This document shows, in pieces, positions 12,188 through 23,367 of a stretch of DNA of 64,000 nucleotides; position 1 is the stretch's first letter; every line of letters starts with the position of its first letter. The DNA is from Octopus sinensis (lineage: Eukaryota), in the NCBI RefSeq assembly GCF_006345805.1, contig NW_021833264.1, positions 1-64,000 of the forward strand. Direction: 5' to 3'. The notes beneath the pieces are model-generated. The model made no database searches. It saw only the letters and a program-made list of their open reading frames with translations, and was not told the DNA's origin. A program made the translations under genes and the position numbers.

Positions 12188-12570
12188 TGGAAGCACTCCG
12201 TCGGTTACGATGACGAGGGTTCCGGTTGATCCGATCAACGGAACAGCCTGCTCGTGAAATTAACGTGTAAGTGGCTGAGCACTCCACAGACACGTGTACC
12301 CTTAACGTAGTTCTCGGGGATATTCAGCGTGACACAGAGAGTGACAAGGCCGGCCCTTTGAAATACAGGTACAACAGAAACAGGAAGTAAGAGTGAGAGA
12401 AAGTTGTGGTGAAAGAGTACAGCAGGGATCACCACCATCCCCTGCCGGCGCCTCGTGGAGCATTAGGTGTTTTCGCTCAATAAACACTCACAACGCCCGG
12501 TCTGGGAATCGAAACCGCGATCCAATGACCGCGAGTCCGCTGCCCTAACCACTGGGCCATTGCGCCTCCA
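12188..12570 (-). mobile_element. SINE family A1, full length
   Basis: tRNA-like head; target-site duplication ctatatgtaca(t) at 12177 and 12571. Confidence 0.92.
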
Positions 12571-12801
12571 CTATATGTACATACTATATGAAAAAAAGTA
12601 CATTCCTGAGGGTCAAGCAATGTCAGATTTGTCGGGTTACGTCCAACAAAGTTCAATGCAAGTCAATGAGGACCGTTGCCTACTATTTTGCATGTGTCAT
12701 AGTCAACGATTAGACGTGCGGTGCACGAACAGGTCAGATATAAATCTTGCGTTATGAGAAGAGAGGAATTCATGTCCGGGAGGAGCTGGGAGAATCGTGA
12801 G

Positions 12802-12866
<65 letters not shown>

Positions 12867-13660
12867 GGCGCTGCTGCTGTTCTTGTTAAGCAACAAGACG
12901 GGTAAGGGTGATTAGGTGATGGTCTAAGGGCTTAGGGGGCGGGTGACCCCAGATCTTGGAAAGAAAAAAAAAACTTTGGTCGTCTTGTTGTAATGTAATC
13001 GAGTGCTCTTCGTTGACGCCCGACACCACTGGGAGGTGGCCCCTCGAAGTCGCTGGAAATGGAGATCCCCAGATCCAAATTCTTGAACGGCTGCTACTGA
13101 TGCTGGTGGTGGTGGTGGTCGAATCGGCAGAAAGTCGGATTCAATGTTATGTTAATTGGTAACGTCCCTTTAGTTTGTGAGTTCATATAGAACAGAGATT
13201 GATTTCGCTTTTTCTCTCTTGACTGGCTTTGGGCCTGCAAATCTTGATGGAGTCATTGATACACTGTCGTGACATACGGTTCATCTTGAGCTCTTTACGA
13301 ACTGACAAAGCCAATTATCTCGGGCTGACAAAGGCCTAGAGAGAGAGAGAGGGGGGAAGTGAGGGAGACACATACATACATAGAGGCAGAAAGATAGATA
13401 AACTGACAGAAAATAATCGATGAGTGCAGCTTTACTGTTTTATTTATCGACCCCGAAAGGATGAAAGGCAAAGTTGACCTCAGCGGTTTTTGAACACAAA
13501 ATGTCGGAAGAATGTTGTAAGGAACTCGTATATACGAAGCTTGAAACGCCTCTGCCATTTCCGTCATTCTTTGACTCAAATAAAATAAGAAGCAGTCGGA
13601 AACTGAGTCGAATCCCATCGAGTAAAATAGTCAACCCAAAATGATGAGCCTCTGTCTAAA

Positions 13661-14030
13661 TCAGAAGTTTGTTGCTATGGACCGAAAGTCACAGAGAGCA
13701 AGGTCTGAATCGTAGAGAGGATAAGGACAGTTCTGATGCCCATCTCTGTCAAGAAGCTTCTTACCAGAATACTCGTCACTGAGTACCTTTGAAACACACT
13801 TTGCACAAATTTTGTGCATGTTCTGATCCTCGCGAATAATTCTGTGTACAGTTGTCACTCCAACTCCAAGCAGTAAGCATATTCTCGTTAAAGAAACTCA
13901 TCCAGAAAAAGGCAAATTTTCTCAACCAGCTCTGATGTTCATCTTTCTTGCACACCTTTCATCGTCTTTCACTTCCTCTTCAGCGTTCTTGAACTTACTG
14001 TATCAGCGAAAAGGCTAATTCATACATAAT
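13661..14030 (-). mobile_element. Mariner transposase relic, internally deleted
   Basis: FKNAEEEVKDDER...TVHRIIREDQNMHKICAKCVSKVL (WVPKVL-like) fused to PYPLYDSDLALCDF (YSPDLAPCDF-like). Confidence 0.8.
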
Positions 14031-14040
14031 CTAGAACATA

Positions 14041-14224
14041 TAGGCGCAGGAGTGGCTGTGTGGTAAGTGGCTTGTTTACCAACCACATGGTTCCGGGTTC
14101 AGTCCCACTGCGTGGCACCTTGGGCAAGTGTCTTCTACTATACCCTCGGGCCGACCAAAGCCTTGTGAGAGGATTTGGTAGACGGAAACTGAAAGAAGCC
14201 TGTCGTATATATGTATATATATAT

Positions 14225-14285
<61 letters not shown>

Positions 14286-14503
14286 TTGTGTGTCTGTGTT
14301 TGTCCCCCTAGCATTGCTTGACAACCGATGCTGGTGTGTTTATGTCCCCGTTACTTAGCGGTTCGACAAAAAAGACCGATAGAATAAGTACTGGGCTTAC
14401 AAAAGAATAAGTCCCGGGGTCGAGTTGCTCGATTAAAGGCGGTGCTCCAGCATGGCCGCAGTCAAATGACTGAGACAAGTAAAAGAGTAAAAGAGTAAAA
14501 GAG
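14041..14503 (+). mobile_element. SINE family B, full length
   Basis: Head taggcgcaggagtggctgtgtgg, CORE-like gcaccttgggcaagtgtcttctac, internal (TA)/(TG)n, (GTAAAAGA)n tail. Confidence 0.92.
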
Positions 14504-14576
14504 TATTTCATAAGTCAAGTATTTTTACCCAGTTTCACACAGAACTTTATCGCATAGCGAGCTCCCAACAAAACAA

Positions 14577-14889
14577 TTTGTTTTTTTGTTTGTTCCTTCT
14601 CGAGCTGCGCCTGGCTCATAAGGGCCGGTTTCCCAGTTTCCTTGGCGATTAGGTTCCCCACCTGGAAGAGACGCCGGTCCGTTGCAGGTGAGCTGCAAGA
14701 TGCAGGAGGAAAGAGTGAGAGAAAGTTGTGGCAAAAGAGTCAGCAGAAGTTCGCCATTACCTTCTGCCGGAGCCGCATGGAGCTTAGGTGTTTCGCTCAT
14801 AAACACACACACCGCCCGGTCTGAGATTGGAACCCGCGATCCCCCGACCGCGAATCCGCTGCTCTAACCACTAGGCCACGTGTCTCCAC
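14577..14889 (-). mobile_element. SINE family A2
   Basis: Same head as A1 with alternative tail (ctgcaacggaccggcgtc...ccaaggaaactgggaaaccggcccttatgagcc). Confidence 0.88.
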
Positions 14890-15000
14890 TACAAAACAGT
14901 CAGCTGTAACATGTAGCACCTTGTAACCGTTTCCTTCAATCTAGAATGATAACAGACGTTGGCGGGTCAGCTTGTTAGTTGTATAATAATGGTATGCTAG

Positions 15001-15384
15001 TGGAGGCGCAATGGCCCAGTGGTTAGGGCAGCGGACTCGCGGTCATAGGATCGAGGGTTCGATTCCTAGACCGGGCGTTGTGAGTGTTTATTGACCTAAA
15101 ACACCTAAAGCTCCACAAGGCTCCGGCAGGGGATGGTGGTGATCCCTGCTGTACTCTTTCACCACAACTTTCTCTCACTCTTACTTCCTGTTTCTGTTGT
15201 ACCTTGTATTTCAAAGGGCCGGCCTTGTCACTCTCTGCGTCAGGCTGAATATCCCCGAGAACTACGTTAAGGGTGCACGTGTCTATGGAGTGCTCAGCCA
15301 CTTACACGTTAATTTCACGAGCAGGCTGTTCCGTTGATCGGATCAACCGGAACCCTCATCGTCGTAACCGACGGAGTGCTTCCA
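15001..15384 (+). mobile_element. SINE family A1, full length
   Basis: A-box TGGCCCAGTGG, B-box GGTTCGATTCC; 12-bp TSD aatggtatgcta at 14988 and 15389. Confidence 0.93.
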
Positions 15385-15799
15385 ATCCAATGGTATGCTA
15401 AAATTACAATAACTTAGGTTAGTTATACTTGACTCTACTAAAAAAAAAAAAAGGTTGAAAATTTCTGGAATGCACCCAGTATGTGAACTAAATTCTATAA
15501 AAATATTTTGGGATTTCAACAAAATATTTTTGTTTCTGTTAAATTCAAATGTTGTTCTTAAATACTGACGCATCCTGTATATATGAACAACCGATTCTTC
15601 TTACGTTCCAATGTGTGTTGGAACTGAAGTCACATCCCTGCTCCAATTTGGCATATAAGCTTCGATAAAATACATAAATAATTGATACAATCATTATGGC
15701 AATTCTTCCGACTGAACAATCTAATGGTTATAAAACATTAAGTAAATACAATATTAGTCTAGCTTTAGCCCTGGATAAATAATGACCAAAACCTATCTT

Positions 15800-16322
15800 A
15801 GTTTATACAAGTATCTATGTATGTATACGTTTATATGTGTGTATATATGTATGTATATATGTATATATATATATATATGTGCGTACATATATATATATGT
15901 GTGTGTATATGTATGTATATGTATGTATATGTATGTATGTATATGTGTGTATATGTATGTATATGTATGTGCGTACATATACATGTGTATATATGTATGT
16001 ATATATATCTATATATATGGATATACATATATGTGCGTACATATATACATATATATATGTATGTATATATATGTATATATATGGATATATATGTGCGTAC
16101 ATATATACATATGCATACATACGTCTGTATGTGTGAGTATGCAAGTATGGACACGAAGAGAGAGTTGCAGACAAACCAAAAAGGACAAGCAGAATCATAC
16201 CTATATGTGTGTGTGTGCGGGTGTATACACACACACACACATATATATACATACATACATATATCATGTGTGCACAGATGTCTGTGTACATGCATGGGTG
16301 TGTATGTATACGTATATGTATG

Positions 16323-16369
<47 letters not shown>

Positions 16370-16380
16370 ATATATTAATA

Positions 16381-16412
<32 letters not shown>

Positions 16413-16430
16413 ATATATATATATAAACAT
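15800..16430. repeat. (TA)n/(ATGT)n compound tract
   Basis: Direct. Confidence 0.9.
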
Positions 16431-16431
16431 T

Positions 16432-16832
16432 TAGGTGTGGCTGCGTGGTAAGTAGCTTGCTTACATGGTTCCGGGTTCAGTCTCACTGCGAACCACCTTG
16501 GGCAAGTGTCTTCTACTATAGCCTCGGGCTGACCAAAGCCTTGTGAGTGGATTTGATAGACGGAAACTGAAAGAAACCCGTCGTATATATGCGTATATAT
16601 GTATATGTATGTGTGTGTATATGTTTGTGTGTCTGTGTTTGTCTCCCCAAAATCACTTGACAACCGATGCTGGTGTGTTTACGTCCCCGTCACTTAGCGG
16701 TTCGGCAAAAGCAACCGATAGAATAAGTACTAAGCTTACAAAGAATAAGTCCTGGGGTCGATTTGCTCGACTAAAGGCGGTGCTCCAGCATGGCCACAGT
16801 CAAATGACTGAAACAAGTAAAAGAGTAAAAGA
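16432..16832 (+). mobile_element. SINE family B
   Basis: Colinear with 14041-14503. Confidence 0.9.
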
Positions 16833-16843
16833 GCATATGTATA

Positions 16844-17030
16844 TGGAAGCACTCCGTCGGTTACGACGATGAGGGTTCCGGTTGATCCGAATCAACGGAA
16901 CAGCCTGCCGGAGCCTCGTGGAGCTTTAGGTGTTTTCGCTCAATAAACACTCACAACGCCCGGTCTGGGAATCGAAACCGCGATCCTATGTCCGCGAGTC
17001 CGCTGCCCTAGCCACTGGGCCATTGCGCCT
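16844..17030 (-). mobile_element. SINE A1, internally deleted
   Basis: Both ends present, joined at cctgc; TSD gcatatgtatat. Confidence 0.88.
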
Positions 17031-17800
17031 TTGCATATGTATATACGTGTGTGTGTGTGCATATGTGTGTGTGTATATACACACACACACATGCATGAAA
17101 ACATACGTACTCTGACTGTGCCAAAATTAACAGACTACTACGGAATATTCAAGCTTGACTCAGACACTATCAAGATAGATTCCCCGAAGGTGGCGCTGCG
17201 TACTGGTCACGTGTTGCATCAACCACATAAAGTACACGTCTCTAAAATCTTTCGTGCGGACATAACGTTCATTTTTGCACGCTTTCAATTTGCTTTCATT
17301 TGCTTATCACATAATTTTCTCCAACAACTCTGTGAGATTTACAAATCTTTAGTTATTAAACACAACACTATAAAATCATTCGAACTTTTGTATTCTCTGT
17401 CCATTGCACATGTATCGACATTTCAATCAGGATATTTTCATTGATACTTTGGTAGTTTTATTTCAATTGTAGATAGCAACCCGAAAATTTAGTGCTTTAC
17501 AGCTGTGCACTTTACGTACACGTCGCGTTAATCATCTAAATATATTTGTGAATAATGTATATTTATTGATAAACAATTTTCATGAAATGTAATGGTGGAC
17601 ACTTAAATTTATGTTTGCCCAAACTAGTAAAGTGAACAACGTCTCCATCACGCTGTTTTTATTTCCACTGGCATTGCTTTCCAACGAGGGGTAATATCCG
17701 AGATAAGATCCAATCGAAAGACCTACAGACTTCACTTGTGACGGGACTATGAGCTTGTTGACTGTTTCTTTAATTATTCAACTAATAACTTTGTTGCAAA

Positions 17801-18673
17801 GTGAAGGCGCATGGCTCAGTGGTTAGAGCATCGAGCTTACGATCGTGAGGTTGTGAGTTCGAATCCCGAACCGGGCTGCGTGTTGTGTTCTTGAGCAAGA
17901 CATTTTATTTCACGTTGCTCCAGTTCACTCAGCTGTAGAAATGAGTTGCGACGTCACGGGTGCCAAGCTGTATTGGCCCCTTTGTCTTTCCCTTGGATAA
18001 CACTGGTGGCGTGGAGAGGGAAAGCCAGTATCCATGGACGACTGCTGGTCTTCCATAAACAACCTTGTCCGGACTTGTGCCTGGAAGGGTGACATTCTAG
18101 GTGCAGCGATCGTGAGGTTGTGAGTTCGAATTCCAGACCGGTCTGCATGTTGTGCTCTTGAGCAAGACACTTTATTTCATGTTGCTCCAGTTCACTCAGC
18201 TGTAGAAATGAGTTGCGACGTCACAGGTGCCAAGCTGTATTGGCCCCTTTGTCTTTCCCTTGGATAACACTGGTGGCGTGGAGAGGGAAAGCCAGTATCC
18301 ATGGACGACTGCTGGTCTTCCATAACAACCTTGTCCGGACTTGTGCCTGGAAGGGTGACATTCTAGGTGCAGCGATCGTGAGGTTGTGAGTTCGAATTCC
18401 AGACCGGTCTGCATGTTGTGCTCTTGAGCAAGACACTTTATTTCATGTGCTCCCAGTTCACTCAGCTGTAGAAATGAGTTGCGACGTCACAGGTGCCAAG
18501 CTGTATCGGCCCCTTTGCCTTTCCCTTGGATAACACTGGTGGCGTGGAGAGGGAAAGCCAGTATCCATGGACGACTGATGGTCTTCCATAAACAACCTTG
18601 TCCGGACTTGTGCCTGGGAGGGTAACTTTCTAGGTGCAATCCCATGGTCTGTGTCATGACCGAAGGGGGTCTC
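17801..18673 (+). mobile_element. SINE family C tandem trimer
   Basis: Head gaaggcgcatggctcagtgg..gagttcgaatccc; CORE-like ttcttgagcaagacac; internal units restart at 18106 and 18372. Confidence 0.9.
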
Positions 18674-18697
18674 AGAGATATATATATAGATAGATAT

Positions 18698-19036
18698 GTG
18701 AAGGCGCGTGGCTCAGTGGTTAGAGCGTCGAGCTTACGATCGTGAGGTTGTGAGCTCGAATCCCGGACCGGGTTGCGTGTTGTGTTCTTGAGCAAGACAC
18801 TTTATTTCACGTTGCTCCAGTTCACTCAGCTCTAGAAATGAGTTGCGACGTCACTGGTGCCAAGATGTATCGACCTTTGTCTTTCCCTTGGATAACACTG
18901 GTGGCGTGGAGAGGAGAAGCCGGTATGCATGGGCGACTGCTGGTCTTCTATAAACCACCTTGCCCGGACTTGTGTCTTAGAGGGTAACTTTCTAGGTGCA
19001 ATACCCATGGTCAGTTTCGTGACCGAAGGGGGTCTC
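18698..19036 (+). mobile_element. SINE family C, full length
   Basis: Head through gaccgaagggggtctc. Confidence 0.9.
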
Positions 19037-19339
19037 AGAACTCTGTTGCAATTATGTTAATATTTCTGCTGAAAATATCCATTGGCACTGGAATCATTTC
19101 TAACAAAAATTTAATCCAGCGAGCTATAGACTTCGCTTATGACGGAGGAATGAGCTTGTTAGCCATTTCTTTAATTATGCAGCAAATAACTCTGTTACAA
19201 TTACGTTAATCTTTCCTATAAAAAAATCCATTTGAATTGGAATTACAGCCAAATTTTAATCAAAAGACCTATAGACTTCATTTGTTATGGAGCTATGAAT
19301 TTCGTATTTCTTCTTTTAATTATTCAGCTAATAACCTTA

Positions 19340-19732
19340 CTCTTTACTCTTTTACTCTTTTACTTGTTTCAGTCATTTGACTGCGGCCATGCTGGAGCAC
19401 CGCCTTTAGTCGAGCAATCGACCCCAGGACTTATTCTTTGTAAGCCCAGTACTTATTCTATCGGTCTCGCTAAGTGACGGGGACGTAAACACACCAGCAT
19501 CGGTTGTCAAGCAATGCTAGGGGGACAAACACAAAGATATACACACATACTTATATATACATATATACGACAGGCTTCTTTCAGTTTCCGTCTACCAAAT
19601 CCACTCACAAGGCTTTGGTCGGCCTGAGGCTATAGTAGAAGACATTTGCCCAAGGTGCCACGCAGTGGGACTGAACCCGGAACCATGTGGTTGGTAGACA
19701 AGCTACCTACCACACAGCCACTCCTGCGCCTA
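19340..19732 (-). mobile_element. SINE family B
   Basis: Colinear with intact copies. Confidence 0.9.
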
Positions 19733-20366
19733 TTGCAATTATGTTAATATTTTCGCTGAAATTATCCATTGGAGCTGGAATCGCTCTTAGCCAAAATTGA
19801 ATCCAGAGAACTCTAGGCTTCTCTCATGGCGGAACTATGAGCTTCGTATCTTTTCCTCTAATTCTTCAGCTTGTAACTTTTTCGTTTTCTTTTGTCTTTC
19901 ATTCGTTCCAGTCATTCGACTGAGGCGATGCAGAAGAATTTTTAGTCGAATATAACGACCCTAGTACTTATGTTTTTGTAAAGTCTGGTACATGTTCTAT
20001 CGGTCTCTTTTGCCGAACCGCTATGTTACGGGGACGTAAATACACCAGCACTGATTGCCAAGCGGTAATGGAGAGACAAGCACAGACACAGACTCACGCA
20101 CACACACACACATATACACACACCACACACATATATATATGTATGTATGTATATATATGACAAGCTTCTTTCAGTTTCCGTCTCCCAAATTCACTCACAA
20201 GGCACTAGACTGTAGAAGAAGACACTTACCCAAGGTGTGTCTTATGATCTTCCCCACTTAAATCACTTAAGTCGTTGGGGATTATTATTTGATGAAAACT
20301 CACAGCATATTTTGCTGGATATGATGGAAAGTGTCAGCTGTCCACAGCCAGCAGACTAAGGTGACA

Positions 20367-20985
20367 CTCGTAAAAGGCCTCTCCAAGCTTTCCTATCATT
20401 TATAATCTTTCTTGCCTCTCTCGCTCCAACGCTTCTAACCACCAAACCTTTCCTCACTCCATCCATCCACCCATCCACACAAACCGAGGTCTGCCTCTGG
20501 TTCCGCTGCCTACCACTTCTGCCTTCATCACCCTTCTTACCATCTGCTCCTCATCCATCCTCTCCATCATGTGGCAAACCACCTTGACATTCATCAATCC
20601 ATTTTGGTTGTTAGTTTTTCTCTCATTCCTAATCGCCTTCGCACCTCTTCATTCCTCATCCTGTCCATCCGTGTCACACCAAACATAGCCCTCAAACATC
20701 TCATCTCAAACACATCTAGTCGCCTCCTTTCTGCCCCTTTAAGTCGCCTCTTACGCCACGCAGGGAATAGGGCGACTGCATTCTACCGATCCCTCCACCC
20801 ACCCGGTCGCAGGGGATTTTGCCCGTTAACCCATAGCCGGGACCCTTACAGGTGCTACCACTCCGGGCCAGAGTAGACCTGGGAACAATAGTGGCTAAGC
20901 AGTGGTTCCACTCTCCTCAAACCCCGAAACCAGGGCCCCGGGGTTCCCTACCGGATGTAGTTTATAGTCATACCCAGGACTAAAT
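20367..20985 (-). mobile_element. Bipartite non-autonomous RTE-type element
   Basis: Minus ORF end RRLDVFEMRCLRAMFGVTRMDRMRNEEVRRRLG...RGRPRFVWMD joined to a GC-rich non-coding 5' part; second copy at 25268-25869. Confidence 0.82.
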
Positions 20986-21116
20986 GCTTTAAGAATCTTG
21001 CGAAGAATTCTTACAGTTCCAAGCAATGCTGGTTTTTATAGATGTTCTACCTTTACATTTGTACCAATCTTTTTGAGCCATGCTGGTCATTTTCTGTACC
21101 CTCTGACTGGCACGCC

Positions 21117-21120
<4 letters not shown>
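20986..21120 (-). mobile_element. R4/Dong-like RLE 3' fragment next to (TTA)n
   Basis: Minus translation WLKKIGTNVKVEHL*KPALLGTVRILRKILK. Confidence 0.7.
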
Positions 21121-21189
<69 letters not shown>

Positions 21190-21197
21190 ATTATTAT

Positions 21198-21345
21198 TAA
21201 CTCCGCCGAGGTCGACTTTGCCGTTCATCCTTTCGGGGTCGATAAATTAAGTACCAGTTACGTACTGGGGTCGATGTAATTGACTATTCCTCCTCCTCCT
21301 TCTCCATATTTCAGGCCCTGTGCCTATAGTAGAAGGGATTATTTC
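21198..21345 (+). mobile_element. SINE family D, 5'-truncated
   Basis: ccgccgaggtcgactttgccgttcatcctttcggggtcgataaattaagtacc. Confidence 0.85.
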
Positions 21346-21396
21346 TGTCATCCTCCTCCCCACCTTTTTTGCGTATGTCTCTTCTTTTATAAGGTA

Positions 21397-22231
21397 CTAG
21401 CAGCATAGCCCGGCGTTGCCCGGATATGTAAGAGCCCCTAGTAGGCAACGACTAATCCCAATCTTGTCCTTTCCCTCTAGGGAACGAAGGCGCATGTGTA
21501 GGTTGCAATGTCTTCTCTTCACTTGAATACTTCTGTGTATACGATGTTCCTAGCTGTCCCTTTGTGCGAAAACATGAAAACATCATTGCGCCTCCTAAGA
21601 GAGTTAGAAAGGTCGAGTTGCGTCCCCTAGACAGTCTGTGGTTTGTGTTTAATACACAAATCGGTTTTTATGTGTGCCACATATGATGTAATTAACCGAT
21701 TTTTTCCAGTAATAAAGTATCCTATTGGAATAAAAAGGGCCATATAGCTCCTTGGAGCAGACATGATGCTCGCTGTGAATTTAAAAAGAAATTCCTGCCA
21801 ATTTGTGAAAGATATTGTGGAAAATATGTCATCTTGAATTTGAATGCGATTTCCCAAAATGGCATGATTTTATCGATTTTTTCTGATGGTAAGGTATTGC
21901 ATGGAAAACTAACGTCAGAATTAAGTTTCTTAGGGTAACATTAAGCTTCACCATGAGTTTGGTGAAAATCGATTGCAAGTTGCGAAAACTACAACAGAAA
22001 ATGTGTTGCATATAAAAAGCTTAGATTCTTGACCCCATGTCGAATTTATCGACTTTTTCAGAACTGGGGGAACGTTTCAAAATTTTCTCTGCCTTAGTTT
22101 TGAATTATGACATTGGGCTATGTGTGTGTCAAGTTTCATCAGAATCGGTTGAAACCTGTGGTCAGGGTGAGGGTACAACCTGACAGACACACAGACACAC
22201 AGACAGACAAACTGCCGTTTATATAGAGAGA
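21397..22231 (-). mobile_element. Non-autonomous Helitron
   Basis: Minus: 5' TC(TCTCTATATAAAC), GTCT microsatellite, 3' hairpin CCGGGCAACGCCGG then CTAG; sits between A and T. Confidence 0.88.
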
Positions 22232-22365
22232 TATACTCAAAGTACATATACCGTGTATACTTACTTCCTTATTTTTATCATTTCATTATATGTAAACTCC
22301 AACACTGTGTCATTGCATTGTCTTCCTCGCCCTTCGCCCTTGTGGAAAATAAATTAAATCATTAA

Positions 22366-22406
<41 letters not shown>

Positions 22407-22422
22407 TATTATTATTATTATT

Positions 22423-22967
22423 GAGTGAGAGAGTAGTACATGCCATCAAAGGGACACTGTGTATACGAAGCCCAGTATACCCATCAAGACTACCCGTATG
22501 ATAAAGGTAGGCACATGTATCACAACTATGTGTGCCCGACATGGTGATCTCATATCAAGATAAACACCACATGATCTTGCAGGTGGGGTGAAGTTAGAAT
22601 TTTCTTCTGGTTGAGTATAACCCATTCCACTCAAAAGGTCACTGAATAAGGGTTGTTTAAGGATGTTGAAAGAACCACCCACGTTTCCAGATGTGAATTA
22701 TTAAAGCCCCAAAGAATTCCTATCAACACACGAGTATGATTCTCCCCCACTACTTCTGCTAGAGGTCAGAGATGCACATATCGTCAGCCACTAAGGGACA
22801 TGCTCAGCTGGTTAAGGTCAAACAACTGACAAGCAAATCTGTGGTATTGAGCAGAATATTTGCTGTAGCCCATCTTTTATACCAAGACAAAACAATGTAC
22901 ATGATAACACTTCCAATCAGTTAAGATCAGAAGCCACGAGAGCCACAACCTGGTACTGCATCAGGGC
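22423..22967 (-). mobile_element. Element E, full length (545 bp)
   Basis: Ends GCCCTGATGCAG...CTCTCTCACTC match 30342-30893; (TAA)n flanks. Confidence 0.85.
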
Positions 22968-22993
22968 ATTTTATTATTATTATTATTATTATT

Positions 22994-23316
22994 CTATATT
23001 TGACTTTTGCTTTATGTCTGTACAAGTTGGCTCCAAGTCTCACCCAGAGACCTCAAGAGACAACAGGTTGGAAGTTCATGTTGTTGTTATGCCTAGTGTG
23101 CCATATATTGGGGGGGGTAGGGGGTGTTGTACTAATGAATGTCTAAAAAAAAAAATTTATTTTAAAAGCCGAAAATTATGTTTGTTTTAAACCTTGAGAT
23201 TACATAGAAAGTATTTTGCGTAGGATATGAGCAGTTCCCATGAGCACTATCTTTTGAATTTCTGCCATTTTGGGGTTTCCTGGTATCTGAGTTATGTAGC
23301 TATCAGCCCCTTTTGC

Positions 23317-23317
<1 letters not shown>
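22994..23317 (-). mobile_element. R4/Dong-like 3' end, distinct subfamily
   Basis: AKGADSYITQIPGNPKMAEIQKIVLMGTAHILRKILSM* plus 3' UTR; (TAA)n flanks. Confidence 0.85.

Positions 23318-23367
<50 letters not shown>

Larger units (their letters stand above)
17650..19900. repeat. Old degenerate ~147-bp tandem repeat interrupted by SINEs
   Basis: Unit markers ctctgttgcaatt at 19041 and ctctgttacaatt at 19190; homologous blocks at ~17690-17800 and 19733-19880. Confidence 0.75.

Noticed and set aside
15001-15075. tRNA-like heads of SINEs A, C and D as tRNA genes
   Set aside because: A and B boxes are present but no complete cloverleaf, and each continues into a SINE body.
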